Shown piece after piece: positions 1 to 9,506 of a DNA stretch of 64,000 nt. The number at the start of each line of letters is the position of its first letter. Position 1 is the first letter of the stretch. Under the pieces are notes generated by a model that made no database searches, was not told the origin of the DNA, and saw only the letters and a program-made list of their open reading frames with translations. Made by a program: the position numbers and the translations under genes. Where the stretch lies: IMG/VR virus record IMGVR_UViG_3300005536_000001; one strand, 5' to 3'. Source of the stretch: a virus.

Positions 1-478
1 CCTCACCCTCGATGTTTGCACCGTCGCGCCACACATTGTCAGCACGACCCACCGTGACAGTGACATCATGCTGTCCGCCATGTGCAGTTTCCTTTTGCCA
101 CCGAATGAGCGGTGTGTCAACCCACTGGAGTGCTTCAGGCGAGAACTCACGGCCATCTCCCGTGGTGACGCCTTCCACCACAAGCGTACCACGCCACCGT
201 CGTGCAGCCTCAAATTCAGCCTGCGTCATCAGTGAACCATCACCAACACGGACATGACCATCAGGAATGATGCTCGAGTTGGCGAAAGCCATTTGCTGCG
301 CACTGTATCCACCGGACGATTCTGGCATGCCTTCTGCGGCAGCCATTTCGGCAATGTGCTCCTGCGCGGACGCCTCGGTGTCGTGGCACCCCATTACTTC
401 ATCGGTGTCGTCCTGCACGACTGCGAATGGCTCGCCATTCTCGCACTCAGTGCTGTTCTCAACAATGTGCCACGGCAC
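1..478 (-). CDS. capsid maturation (prohead) protease, N-terminal part; 3' end lies beyond window edge
   Basis: Open at window edge so absent from ORF track. GTG at 478 with GGAGG at 486-490. Translation VPWHIVEN...RWRGTLVVEGVTTGDGREFSPEALQWVDTPLIRWQKETAHGG fits actinophage prohead protease pattern. Position after portal/MuF. Confidence 0.65.
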   Translation of the reverse strand, partial: MPWHIVENSTECENGEPFAVVQDDTDEVMGCHDTEASAQEHIAEMAAAEGMPESSGGYSAQQMAFANSSIIPDGHVRVGDGSLMTQAEFEAARRWRGTLVVEGVTTGDGREFSPEALQWVDTPLIRWQKETAHGGQHDVTVTVGRADNVWRDGANIEGE

Positions 479-562
479 GGGTCCACCTCCTGATGATGAT
501 GTTAGTATATCAACGAGTGGTTACCATTCTGGATTCCACGTTACAGCGAGATCTTTAATTAC

Positions 563-1450
563 TCATTTACCTTTCTCGCCTTCATTCGGCCAGTGCCCCT
601 TTACTTCGTGATACCATTCCGATGTGACGCGTTTAGCCATTTCGTCAGGCATGAACTTCTTGAGGTGACCGTAGAGTGCAGTCCATGGATGCGGGTGGTC
701 AACCCACTTAGCAAGTCCTCTTGGGTCCTTCGTCCAGTAATCCTTAAGGTTGTTCTTATCACCGGACTTACCACCTGCTGCAGTGACCACCAAATCATCA
801 TGCAGCCTGATGTCAGTGATCTCGTGGCCAAACGCGATTCGCACTCGGTCAAACGTCACCGGACCAACACGCTCGCTGATTTCATCAAGCAAATCAGCGC
901 TTGAGTAGGCGATGCAAATATGAGGTTGCCATGGGGTGTGCTGTTCAGGCATATCAAAGCCTACGATGTTTGAAACGATCAATCCACGAGCGTGTGCAAG
1001 ATTCCACACGTAATTATCTTCTGCGTCTCCCACATTAAGAACCCATGCGGGTGACTTACCCTCTGGATTCCAATGTGCTGCACCAAATGCATTTCCACGA
1101 ATGACAGGCATACCCTCTGTGGCATGCACAACACCGTGAAGAATACGCAGCCGCTGCGCGATGTTGATTTCCTCATCGCCCAAATACCATAGCGTGAGAT
1201 GCAAATCCTCAGGTGGCTCTTCACCGTCCAGTGCAAGACGAGTGATGTCAGCATCAGTAGGAATGAGCGCAATCATTCCACCCGTGAATTTATCTTCGTT
1301 TGCGGCCGCCGTGACAGCATCAAGTGGTTCACCATTGAGCCACTTTGCAATTTGCTCGTCGGTGAAGCCCTGATCATCATTCTCAACAACATAGAACGAT
1401 TGCGCATCAGGGTCTTCAAGTGAAGTTGGCGGCTTTTCAGGTGTCGTCAC
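563..1450 (-). CDS. 2H phosphoesterase family protein (LigT / cyclic phosphodiesterase-like) with conserved head-protein C-terminal tail
   Basis: 295 aa ORF. GTG start overlaps MuF stop (GTGA). Two H-x-T/C-x motifs (DLHLTLWYLG, PHICIAYS) after a GGMIALIP strand, as in LigT-like enzymes. C-terminal LKDYWTKDPRGLAKW...GHWPNE tail. Confidence 0.6.
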   Translation of the reverse strand: MTTPEKPPTSLEDPDAQSFYVVENDDQGFTDEQIAKWLNGEPLDAVTAAANEDKFTGGMIALIPTDADITRLALDGEEPPEDLHLTLWYLGDEEINIAQRLRILHGVVHATEGMPVIRGNAFGAAHWNPEGKSPAWVLNVGDAEDNYVWNLAHARGLIVSNIVGFDMPEQHTPWQPHICIAYSSADLLDEISERVGPVTFDRVRIAFGHEITDIRLHDDLVVTAAGGKSGDKNNLKDYWTKDPRGLAKWVDHPHPWTALYGHLKKFMPDEMAKRVTSEWYHEVKGHWPNEGEKGK

Positions 1451-4400
1451 GGCGTGCCACTCCCTGGTACGATGCGAACCTTCATGACTCGCTGATTTGG
1501 CTCAGACCAGTGGGGTTCTACACTGATCACTTCAAACTCAGTGCCCGGCGCGAGAACGAATTCATTCTCATTCGGGTAGTGACTGATCGGCTGGACCCAC
1601 GCCATCTTGGATCCTGCTGGCGCTTCAATCTTGAGATGAACTTGTCCTGACCACGTACCCTCGACAATGCTCGTGCTAATGACACCATCATCACGAATTG
1701 TCTTACCAGCGAGAGCTTCAAGTTGCTCGTTTGAAGTAACACCAAACGTAGCCAAATTGGTCTTGCGATAGAGCTTGATGTTCTCAGTGCTCGGCTTCAT
1801 CGCTGCTTTAATCTGCTTGATCTTAGCGATTGTGGCCGGTGAGCATGCACCAGTTCCGCGCGCACACTTATTGATTTCAGTGTACGAGCCACCGGTGTAG
1901 TTCTTAAGTGCAGCCCGCTGTGCGGCAGTCCAGGGGGGTGGGCTAAGTAGATCCATCCTTTGCTGCATATTAGTCGCCGATGCCTTCGTAAGATTTTTTG
2001 CCGGCAAATTTGACTTTGGGATATTGACTGAAGACTTTGATGCAGCAGCTACGCTTGGTGTGACTGAGCCAACCGGCGCAGAGCCACCCTTCTCCTGCGC
2101 GTACTTCATTCCTGCCTTGGTGCTCAGGAACTTGTTCATCTTTGTGGCAAATGGATTATCAGTCTTCTTTAGAAGTGACTGATCCATGATGTCGAGTGCA
2201 TCGGCCATCGACAACGAAGAATCCTTCTTCGACACTTCAAGTGCAGCATCGTAAATCTTCTTCGTGTCAGTGTGCCATTTCACACCGTTACTGCCGAAAA
2301 TCGACTGGACATACGCCTTCTGAAAAGGTGTAAACGTCTTTGGTCCACTTGGAGCAGATGGAGCAGATGGAGCAGACACAGGATAATTTTCCGTGACTGA
2401 GTTGACATCAGTTTTCACTGACCACCAGTCTGCGGCAAAGCTATCTGCCATCTTAAACGCGCCGTCTTTATCACTCTCCTGGACGACGATCCAGTTACCT
2501 TTACCATCATTAGCACGTATCTTGAACTTTCCTCCTTCACGTGTAAGCTGATACGTGCCAAAAGCATTCATCGCAATTACAGAACCAGACGGATATGAAT
2601 CTTCAAACGTTGCCTGTGTAAGAGTGACCGGCTGGTCAAGCAACGCCTTGTTGCCCATATACACATGCTTTAGTTTATTAGCCGACTTAGTTGAAGTAGA
2701 TGAATTACCCGGTGTGTTTATGCTAGACGGACTAGCGTTTTCTGGCTCATGCCACTCAATAGAAAAGTTTTGCGCCATTGCGAGTGCACCATACTGATTG
2801 GCATTCTCGGTAACGAACCAAGTGCCACTTTTTTCATCAAGTTCAAGAATTTCATACTTACCATTATTACCCCAGGCAATTTTTGTCTTGCCGTCAGGTG
2901 TAATTGCAATTGTGCTGTTTGCTGGGTAATTTTGAAAGAAGAATTCCTGCGCTAGTGTAATAGGCCTGCCTGGTTCCACAGGCGCGTACTTATCAATCGT
3001 CTTAGATGGTGCCGTAGGCGTTGATTTTGGTGTACTTACATTTGGCGCGCCTGGTGCACTTGGTGCAGTTGCCTTTGATCCTGTCTCGACAGGCGCATGC
3101 CACTTAATGTTAAGCTTTGAGACTTCTTCGGCTTCTTTGCCATCAGTAAGCCACTGTGATCCGGTCCAAACTCCAAATTCTGCATTCCACTCTTGGACTG
3201 CAATCGTGTCATTCCAAGATCTCATGATACGCTTCGTACCATCTTCGTTAACTGCCAACACTGTCTTAGGCGGGAAGTTAACGTCCTTAAACATATCTTG
3301 TGTAATGTCGATCGGCTCGCCAGCAGTCATTGGCGATGTGCTCGGAACAGTCTTGGTCTTTTGTGTTGCTAGCTTAGGTGTGTACCACTCCTTGTTGAGC
3401 GACACAATGTCGCTGTACTCATCTCCCTTTTCAAACGATGTTAGAGGTCCCCAACCACCGACCTTCTTGTTCTTCTGAACTTCAAAGTACTTACCATTGA
3501 GTGAAACGACTCGATAGTTGCCGTCCTTTGTCACAGCAATTGTCGAATACTCTGGCACATCACCAGACAATGCATCTATGATCTTAAGAGGCTTATCTGC
3601 CTCAATCAACTCCTTTTCCATCGGAATGGGTGTTATCTTAGCGACAGCGTCAGACGCGACGCCAGTGTTTGATGCTACTGGCTTAGGTGTAGCCGCTGGA
3701 ACTAGTGACTTCTTATCACTCTTTGGTGTACCAACAGACACAGCGACAGGCTCATGCCAATAAGCATCCGCTTTATCGATCGCAGCCTGTGCATCACTCA
3801 TTGATGTTTCGTTATTCTTTACCCACTTATTTTTCGCGTCCATGTGGTGAAAAGAAATCTTATCACCATGCGCAGTAATCTTTTTGGTGCCGAACGTAGA
3901 AATGGCAATGACCGAATCGTCAGGAAACTCATGTGTATCAAGATACTGCTGATCAAGATTGATTTGCTTGCCTGGCTTGATATATTTGACATCGTTCGGC
4001 AAAGTCGTTGCTGCAGACTTAACGGACTTCACTGCTGGTGCAGGTGTCTTCCGTGTAGAAGGAAGTTCGGTGTCATCACCCTTGGCTACCGGCTCATGCC
4101 ACGCCGAGTCAAAGTCGTTAACTTCCTTGTAGGCTTTCGACTTAATGGCCGTCTTCTCGGTCTTCCATGACCCATCGGCCTGCTTCTTATCGAGATCGTA
4201 TGACTTGCCATTCCAGGTGACCTTCTTATCACCATTCTTATTGACAGCAATCGTCGTGCCATCAGCGTGCTTCTTGTGAATAAGCCCGTGCGTGATCTTA
4301 AGCGATGCGCCAGATGCTGTGTCAGTAGCGACTGGTGTCGGTGCGGCTGCTGGAGTAGGTGTAGTCTTCTTATCAGTGGTGACCTTCTTGTCACCATCAT

Positions 4401-5538
4401 CTGTCTTCTTGTCACCAGGCTTTTCCTGATCTGGCTCGTGCCAGTCAGAAGCAAAATCACTGATTTCCTTGTATGCCTTTGACTTGATGACCGTCTTCTT
4501 GGTCTGCCACAGACCATTGTCATCTTTCTCACGAAGGTGATACTTGTTGCCTTCCCACAGGATGTGCTTCTTGCCGTCCTTTGTGACAGCGATAATCGAG
4601 CCGTCAGCCTGCTTCTTATGCACAAGACCATGTGTAATCTTAAGAGACTTGCCAGCCTTAAGACCACGAAGACCCTTACGACCATGATCCTTCTGGTCGT
4701 GCCTACCGCGCAAGTGAAACGCAGTCGCTGCCGCTGCTAGTGGTTCACCGTCAATCATCAAGAACTCCTCATCGGGAATATCCCAACCTAGCGTGCAGCG
4801 ACAAGAAATGGTTTCTTGCGGCGGTCCGGTGGGGTCGTGAGGATACGACATAGCATACCCGCCGACGATGAACTTATCGTCGATGCCAACTTCTTCACCA
4901 TCGATGTGTTCATGCGAAGGACGTGTGCGACTGTCGGTCGTCGCAATCCATTCCTTCGTCGCATTAAGTCCGGTGGCCTTCATCTCAGCGTATGAACCGG
5001 CATTGCTCGCGCCAATCACCTCGGTACGCGCAATGACCTCAGCGCGCGGTGAAGCAAGTTCAGTCGTCTTCATGAGACGATGACGAATCTCAGTAATGCT
5101 TTCACCGGCTTGCATACCAATCAGCATCTGCTGACGTGCGACGTTCCACACGAGATCGCCAATGGAGACAAGTCGATTAATCGCACTCTCGAGAAACAAC
5201 TCAGCAAGACGACTAACAACCTTCGGCACAAGAAACGCAGCGGTGAGTGCAACTGGTTGAGACTGCTGTGGTTGTGTCTGAGTCACCCGAGCAGCCGCTC
5301 GAATCAACTTCCCGTAGGTGTCGTCAGCCGAGTCAACCCACGCGTTACGGAGGTGTTCAATCAGCGCGTCGTTGACAGCAGAGGTCCAGTGGGTTCGAAT
5401 GATCGCGAGATCATTGATGTCTCCCACCTTAGGCATAGTGATATTGACGATCCTAGCAATCGTGCGCCTAATATCAGCAGCGAATCGATCACCACGATCA
5501 TCAAGCTGATCAAGACTAGGACCCGAGACGTGTACCAT
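1447..5538 (-). CDS. MuF-like minor capsid protein fused to seven repeat domains and a C-terminal ADP-ribosyltransferase domain
   Basis: 1363 aa ORF, RBS GAGGAAGG. N-terminal SPP1 gp7/Mu F-like motifs (RTEVIGASNAGSY, TRPSHEHIDGE, ETISCRCTL). Seven ~75 aa repeats each ending W(H/Y/W)xP. C-terminus carries LYRKT, ISTSIV and NENEFVLAPG (R, S-T-S, E-x-E). Confidence 0.9.
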   Translation of the reverse strand: MVHVSGPSLDQLDDRGDRFAADIRRTIARIVNITMPKVGDINDLAIIRTHWTSAVNDALIEHLRNAWVDSADDTYGKLIRAAARVTQTQPQQSQPVALTAAFLVPKVVSRLAELFLESAINRLVSIGDLVWNVARQQMLIGMQAGESITEIRHRLMKTTELASPRAEVIARTEVIGASNAGSYAEMKATGLNATKEWIATTDSRTRPSHEHIDGEEVGIDDKFIVGGYAMSYPHDPTGPPQETISCRCTLGWDIPDEEFLMIDGEPLAAAATAFHLRGRHDQKDHGRKGLRGLKAGKSLKITHGLVHKKQADGSIIAVTKDGKKHILWEGNKYHLREKDDNGLWQTKKTVIKSKAYKEISDFASDWHEPDQEKPGDKKTDDGDKKVTTDKKTTPTPAAAPTPVATDTASGASLKITHGLIHKKHADGTTIAVNKNGDKKVTWNGKSYDLDKKQADGSWKTEKTAIKSKAYKEVNDFDSAWHEPVAKGDDTELPSTRKTPAPAVKSVKSAATTLPNDVKYIKPGKQINLDQQYLDTHEFPDDSVIAISTFGTKKITAHGDKISFHHMDAKNKWVKNNETSMSDAQAAIDKADAYWHEPVAVSVGTPKSDKKSLVPAATPKPVASNTGVASDAVAKITPIPMEKELIEADKPLKIIDALSGDVPEYSTIAVTKDGNYRVVSLNGKYFEVQKNKKVGGWGPLTSFEKGDEYSDIVSLNKEWYTPKLATQKTKTVPSTSPMTAGEPIDITQDMFKDVNFPPKTVLAVNEDGTKRIMRSWNDTIAVQEWNAEFGVWTGSQWLTDGKEAEEVSKLNIKWHAPVETGSKATAPSAPGAPNVSTPKSTPTAPSKTIDKYAPVEPGRPITLAQEFFFQNYPANSTIAITPDGKTKIAWGNNGKYEILELDEKSGTWFVTENANQYGALAMAQNFSIEWHEPENASPSSINTPGNSSTSTKSANKLKHVYMGNKALLDQPVTLTQATFEDSYPSGSVIAMNAFGTYQLTREGGKFKIRANDGKGNWIVVQESDKDGAFKMADSFAADWWSVKTDVNSVTENYPVSAPSAPSAPSGPKTFTPFQKAYVQSIFGSNGVKWHTDTKKIYDAALEVSKKDSSLSMADALDIMDQSLLKKTDNPFATKMNKFLSTKAGMKYAQEKGGSAPVGSVTPSVAAASKSSVNIPKSNLPAKNLTKASATNMQQRMDLLSPPPWTAAQRAALKNYTGGSYTEINKCARGTGACSPATIAKIKQIKAAMKPSTENIKLYRKTNLATFGVTSNEQLEALAGKTIRDDGVISTSIVEGTWSGQVHLKIEAPAGSKMAWVQPISHYPNENEFVLAPGTEFEVISVEPHWSEPNQRVMKVRIVPGSGTP
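2415..4650 (-). repeat. seven tandem in-frame domain repeats inside the MuF-ART gene
   Basis: Units such as LKITHGLVHKKQADGSIIAVTKDGKK...DWHEP, LKITHGLIHKKHADGTTIAVNKNGDKK...AWHEP and five more diverged copies. Copies are separated by P/T/S/A-rich linkers. Confidence 0.8.
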
Positions 5539-7417
5539 TGATTACCTTCCTCGGATTCGCGACAAGTCGTGTATCGTCGTGATTGATGAGTCGCTGCCCG
5601 ATGGACAACTCGCCGCGATCAGTGAGGAAGCACTCGTAATCACCCTTTGTGCCAGGGCGGAATCGCACGCCTTCATAACTGGCATGCGTGAACGGGCAGG
5701 AGAATTGCTTCTCCATGCAGATGAGTGGATGCTTAAGCCGCCAGCTGTCAATCGTGAATTCCATCACGTGACGCATACCAGCTTGCATGATTGCGAACGC
5801 GCGATTCTCAGACGAGAGTGATTCGAATGGTACAGGACTTGGAATCAACGAACCAGCGGGCTTAGGCAACACGCTTTCAATTGCAATACGCTCAAGCTCA
5901 GCAGCCAATGCGGCAGGCGCAGGTGGTTCATCGTTTCCAGTGTTCGGTGGCCCATCGTTTGATGCACCACTATCGCCATCAGACTCAGCGCCAGTCACCA
6001 CTGGACCTTCGGTGGAAACAGCCGCCTGATTCGCCGGCTCTTCAAGTTTGATGCCAGTGAGTTCCTGCAATGCCTGAATGGCAAGAGTCGGGTTTGTTGC
6101 CAGCTTCTTAAGGATCATGTTGGCAAGCTCGGTGTCGTCAGGCGCATCATCCTCGTCAAAACCAGTTTCACGACGAAGAGCAGTGCCCGACAACTCGAAG
6201 CGGTCGTACACATCCTTGGCATTGTCCGACTTGTCTGGCCGCACCATCAATTCAGATGCGTCATACCAAACAACCCAGTCCTCGTAATCTTCGATGCCAG
6301 CAGCACGCATACGCGGGTGCAAGTATCCGGTAGTGAGACCATGAGTAATGATCTCAACATCAGGTGTGATGTAGGTACGAATGGCACCTTCTTCAAGCTG
6401 CCACAATCCCCAGTGATTGACATCACCTGCCTGGAAGAGCAGGTCGGCTGGGACGTTAATCTGTGAAGCCAAACGATTCCGAGCTGAGTCACGCTTTGCG
6501 ATGATGTTATCATCCATCTTAAGCGTGAAGTCAATGTGCTTTACCTTCTCCACGTACTCAGCAGGCACGCGAATTGGAAGCGGGATCAGCGATGATGCTG
6601 AGCCAGGATTCTTGATGGCTTCAGCAGCAGTCTCAATCCATTCACGAATGAACGGGTCAGGCTCATTCATAAATTCAGGACGCACAGGAAAAGTAATCTC
6701 ATCGGGGAAAATGATGAGACCGGCTGACGCAAGACGTGATAGGTACTGTGCCTGAATGTGTCGGTTGACCAACTCAAGTTCACGCATCGCGCTACGCGCG
6801 GAGTACGCGGACGAGTATGGTAGATAATGAAGCCGCTTGTGCGGACGCCAAATACGTGTCACGTATGATGTGGCAACAGGAAGCGTACGCCAAATGACAT
6901 CGGATTCCGTCGATTCATCAGAGATGACTTCATACTCGCGTCCACGACGTCGAATTTCGTCACTCGAGATGACACGCCACTTCTGCCGGTTACCCGTTGT
7001 CTCACCAACAAGCCAGCCCTCAGCGGGCACATCAAGGTACACAGAGAGCGAACCGAGCATTTCGGTCTGTCCGGCGGTGCCACGACAAAGTTCATTCACA
7101 AAGTCAGCCGCTGGACCTACATCGACAATCTCAGGCTCATCTGAACCGGGCTTCAACCTTGCAGCACGAAGCCGCACGCGAGAGATCATGTATGAACGCC
7201 ACGTCACGGAGATGTTGAATTCACCGAGCGTGTCGTAGTAATCCCACAGCTCACGCTGCCAACCATCATACTTTGGCGTTATGCGCGTGCGACCCCGTGC
7301 GATTGTGTTGACCGTCTGAGCAGCGGCGGTCAAAACACGTTCATCACGCGATGGCACAACGAGACGGGTGTCAACTGCCGCATGCTTGCTCTTCTTACGG
7401 CGATCCCACCATACCAT
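5516..7417 (-). CDS. portal protein
   Basis: 633 aa ORF lying between terminase and MuF. N-terminal KYDGWQRELWDYYDTLGEF pattern typical of actinophage portals. Size and synteny fit. Confidence 0.8.
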   Translation of the reverse strand: MVWWDRRKKSKHAAVDTRLVVPSRDERVLTAAAQTVNTIARGRTRITPKYDGWQRELWDYYDTLGEFNISVTWRSYMISRVRLRAARLKPGSDEPEIVDVGPAADFVNELCRGTAGQTEMLGSLSVYLDVPAEGWLVGETTGNRQKWRVISSDEIRRRGREYEVISDESTESDVIWRTLPVATSYVTRIWRPHKRLHYLPYSSAYSARSAMRELELVNRHIQAQYLSRLASAGLIIFPDEITFPVRPEFMNEPDPFIREWIETAAEAIKNPGSASSLIPLPIRVPAEYVEKVKHIDFTLKMDDNIIAKRDSARNRLASQINVPADLLFQAGDVNHWGLWQLEEGAIRTYITPDVEIITHGLTTGYLHPRMRAAGIEDYEDWVVWYDASELMVRPDKSDNAKDVYDRFELSGTALRRETGFDEDDAPDDTELANMILKKLATNPTLAIQALQELTGIKLEEPANQAAVSTEGPVVTGAESDGDSGASNDGPPNTGNDEPPAPAALAAELERIAIESVLPKPAGSLIPSPVPFESLSSENRAFAIMQAGMRHVMEFTIDSWRLKHPLICMEKQFSCPFTHASYEGVRFRPGTKGDYECFLTDRGELSIGQRLINHDDTRLVANPRKVINGTRLGS

Positions 7418-7430
7418 CGCTTTACATCCC

Positions 7431-7769
7431 CTATCGAGTCAAGAATTCCTCAAGGTGCGAGATCAAACTTGCACCTGCCGCGATCGCGAGCCAGACGAGT
7501 AGTGGCGCCGGAACACCGATGGTCAATGCGGTCAAGCTCGTTACAACGGCCGAAGTCCAGACTGGCATGCACCACATGCAGGTCCAGAGGTAGGCAAGCC
7601 AGTAAGGTACCTTCGTCTCTCGTCGAGTGCGATCATTAGCCTGTGGTGTGTATGGATCGGTCAGCTTCTTACGAAGCCAAAGCAGCGGTGGGAAATCATC
7701 TTCCGTGAGAAGCTTTGCGGTGCGGTATGTGACCAAAGTCATCAGCACCAAGAGTACCTCGTTTGACAT
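7431..7769 (-). CDS. membrane protein, DUF1360-like
   Basis: ORF track 7431..7802 trimmed to the ATG at 7769 (RBS AGGGGTG, avoids overlap). Hydrophobic segments and a CMWCMPVW motif. Confidence 0.55.
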   Translation of the reverse strand: MSNEVLLVLMTLVTYRTAKLLTEDDFPPLLWLRKKLTDPYTPQANDRTRRETKVPYWLAYLWTCMWCMPVWTSAVVTSLTALTIGVPAPLLVWLAIAAGASLISHLEEFLTR

Positions 7770-7779
7770 TGTCACACCC

Positions 7780-8046
7780 CTACTTTGCGATGATCGGTGC
7801 AAATGTACCGATCAGTGATACAACCGATGCGATAAGTGTGAGGTAGAGCAACCAACTTCGATCGGCAGTCTTATCCATCTTCGTTTCTACCTGCGTAAGA
7901 CGGTGATTGAACAACGCCATTTGCGGCTCCTGTGCCCGCATGTACGCATCCATCTTACCGTCAAGAATCATCAGAATGTCGTATATTTCTTTTACACCAA
8001 TCTCAACTGAGCCCGAAGCCACTTCGTCACCTCTCTCGGATTCCAT
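7780..8046 (-). CDS. hypothetical protein with C-terminal transmembrane segment
   Basis: ORF track 7780..8094 trimmed to the ATG at 8046, just after the terminase stop. C-terminal WLLYLTLIASVVSLIGTFAPII helix. Confidence 0.45.
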   Translation of the reverse strand: MESERGDEVASGSVEIGVKEIYDILMILDGKMDAYMRAQEPQMALFNHRLTQVETKMDKTADRSWLLYLTLIASVVSLIGTFAPIIAK

Positions 8047-8062
8047 TAACGTATCATAACAG

Positions 8063-9424
8063 CTATCCGATCGAGCGGGACATGGAACCTCCACCTGCGA
8101 ATGAACCCATACCGCGAGGACGCGTGGCTACGATCTTGTTATGCCAAGCAGTCCACACCATAGCGTCAAGTCGGTCGGGTGAGTAATCGAGCTCAGGAGT
8201 CCAGGTGCACAACTGATCCTCAAGCTCTGGGAAAGTACCAACGTGATGCCACTGACCACGAGTGGAAAGTGCTGCAACAGGCTCGGCACGAACACGCTTA
8301 CCACGTGTTGCCACGACCATTTTCACGGGAATGGTGATACCCATTGAAAGCGCCGCGTCTCGGATTGTGACAACGGCCATTTCACCACCGTAGTTCGTCT
8401 CGACAACGATGTCGTCTGCTTCCCAGTCAATCGCCGCCTGGACTGCCCGACGACCCCATCCGGCAGGGCCGAGACGACACGTCATATCGGAAAGAACGAA
8501 ACCTTCAAAGCGCTTTTGCTTACGCTCCTTGACGATCTCATCGATGATGAACTTACCCGCGACGACGATACCTTGCTCACCAGCACCACCCGATGGGTCA
8601 ACACCGACCGTGACGCGTACAAGCTCAGGAGCTTCCTTAACACGGAAGTGATCGATGTCATCGCGTCGCCACAACGCGTTTTCATCCTGATCCATGACTT
8701 CGGCGTACAGTTCCTGTCGACCAATTTGCGTGCCTTCATAGTCCGCAAAAAGTTCGTCTCGAACGTGCTGCTCAAGGTAGGGATTATCGTGAGTCGTTGC
8801 GTGCGTGACAATGACGTTGTGCGGCGTGTTCTTAACAAGCTTCTTGATGAGCAACTTTGGCTTAGGCGTCGTACTCGCGATCCAGCGAGGTGTCTTACCG
8901 GTACGAAGACCAAACCGCATCTGCTCATAGCATTTGTCGAGATGACGCCAAGCCGCGAGTTCTTCAGCCCATACTAGGCATGTGTTACCGCCTGCGCGTA
9001 GACGTTCGATATCATCAGGCGTGGAAGCCCCGAATAGCTTCGCTTGCGAGCCGTTACTCCACTTGATAACAGTGCCGCCTAGACCTCCCGCAATACGAGA
9101 GGTCGGGTCGTTCGGTCCAATCCCCGCCGGCCCCGCGAAACACGCCTGGACAGCGTCTCCAAGCGTCGGACCAATGATACCAATCCAGTGAGGTGTGCTG
9201 CCGGGTAGACACGGCGGGCCCTTCACATGATCGATCACGTATTGCGCACACGTGCGGGTTTTTCCAGAACCACGACCCGCGTTCAAAAGCCAGCCATACC
9301 AGTTTCCAGCTGGTGGAATCTGGTGAGGGCGGGGGTTCCAACCCGGCGGGCGCTCGAGATAACTCATCAAAGCGCGTGCAGAAGCGCCAGCGACTTCGCT
9401 GCGCGTCATTCCACCGGCGGTCAT
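8063..9424 (-). CDS. terminase large subunit
   Basis: 453 aa. Walker A NAGRGSGKT. Nuclease-domain VGVDPSGG. Located upstream of the portal gene. Confidence 0.9.
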   Translation of the reverse strand: MTAGGMTRSEVAGASARALMSYLERPPGWNPRPHQIPPAGNWYGWLLNAGRGSGKTRTCAQYVIDHVKGPPCLPGSTPHWIGIIGPTLGDAVQACFAGPAGIGPNDPTSRIAGGLGGTVIKWSNGSQAKLFGASTPDDIERLRAGGNTCLVWAEELAAWRHLDKCYEQMRFGLRTGKTPRWIASTTPKPKLLIKKLVKNTPHNVIVTHATTHDNPYLEQHVRDELFADYEGTQIGRQELYAEVMDQDENALWRRDDIDHFRVKEAPELVRVTVGVDPSGGAGEQGIVVAGKFIIDEIVKERKQKRFEGFVLSDMTCRLGPAGWGRRAVQAAIDWEADDIVVETNYGGEMAVVTIRDAALSMGITIPVKMVVATRGKRVRAEPVAALSTRGQWHHVGTFPELEDQLCTWTPELDYSPDRLDAMVWTAWHNKIVATRPRGMGSFAGGGSMSRSIG

Positions 9425-9467
9425 TGCGCTATCTTAGCAACAGTGACGTTGCCTTACACGAACGAGA

Positions 9468-9501
9468 GGCTGCGCAGCCACGAGAAAATGACTGCGCAGC
9501 C
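9468..9501 (-). terminator. hairpin after amidase gene (GGCTGCGCAG / CTGCGCAGCC, 10 bp)
   Basis: Two copies of the self-complementary CTGCGCAG motif 14 nt apart. Lies between the amidase stop (9507) and the terminase start (9424). Confidence 0.4.
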
Positions 9502-9506
9502 AGGTG

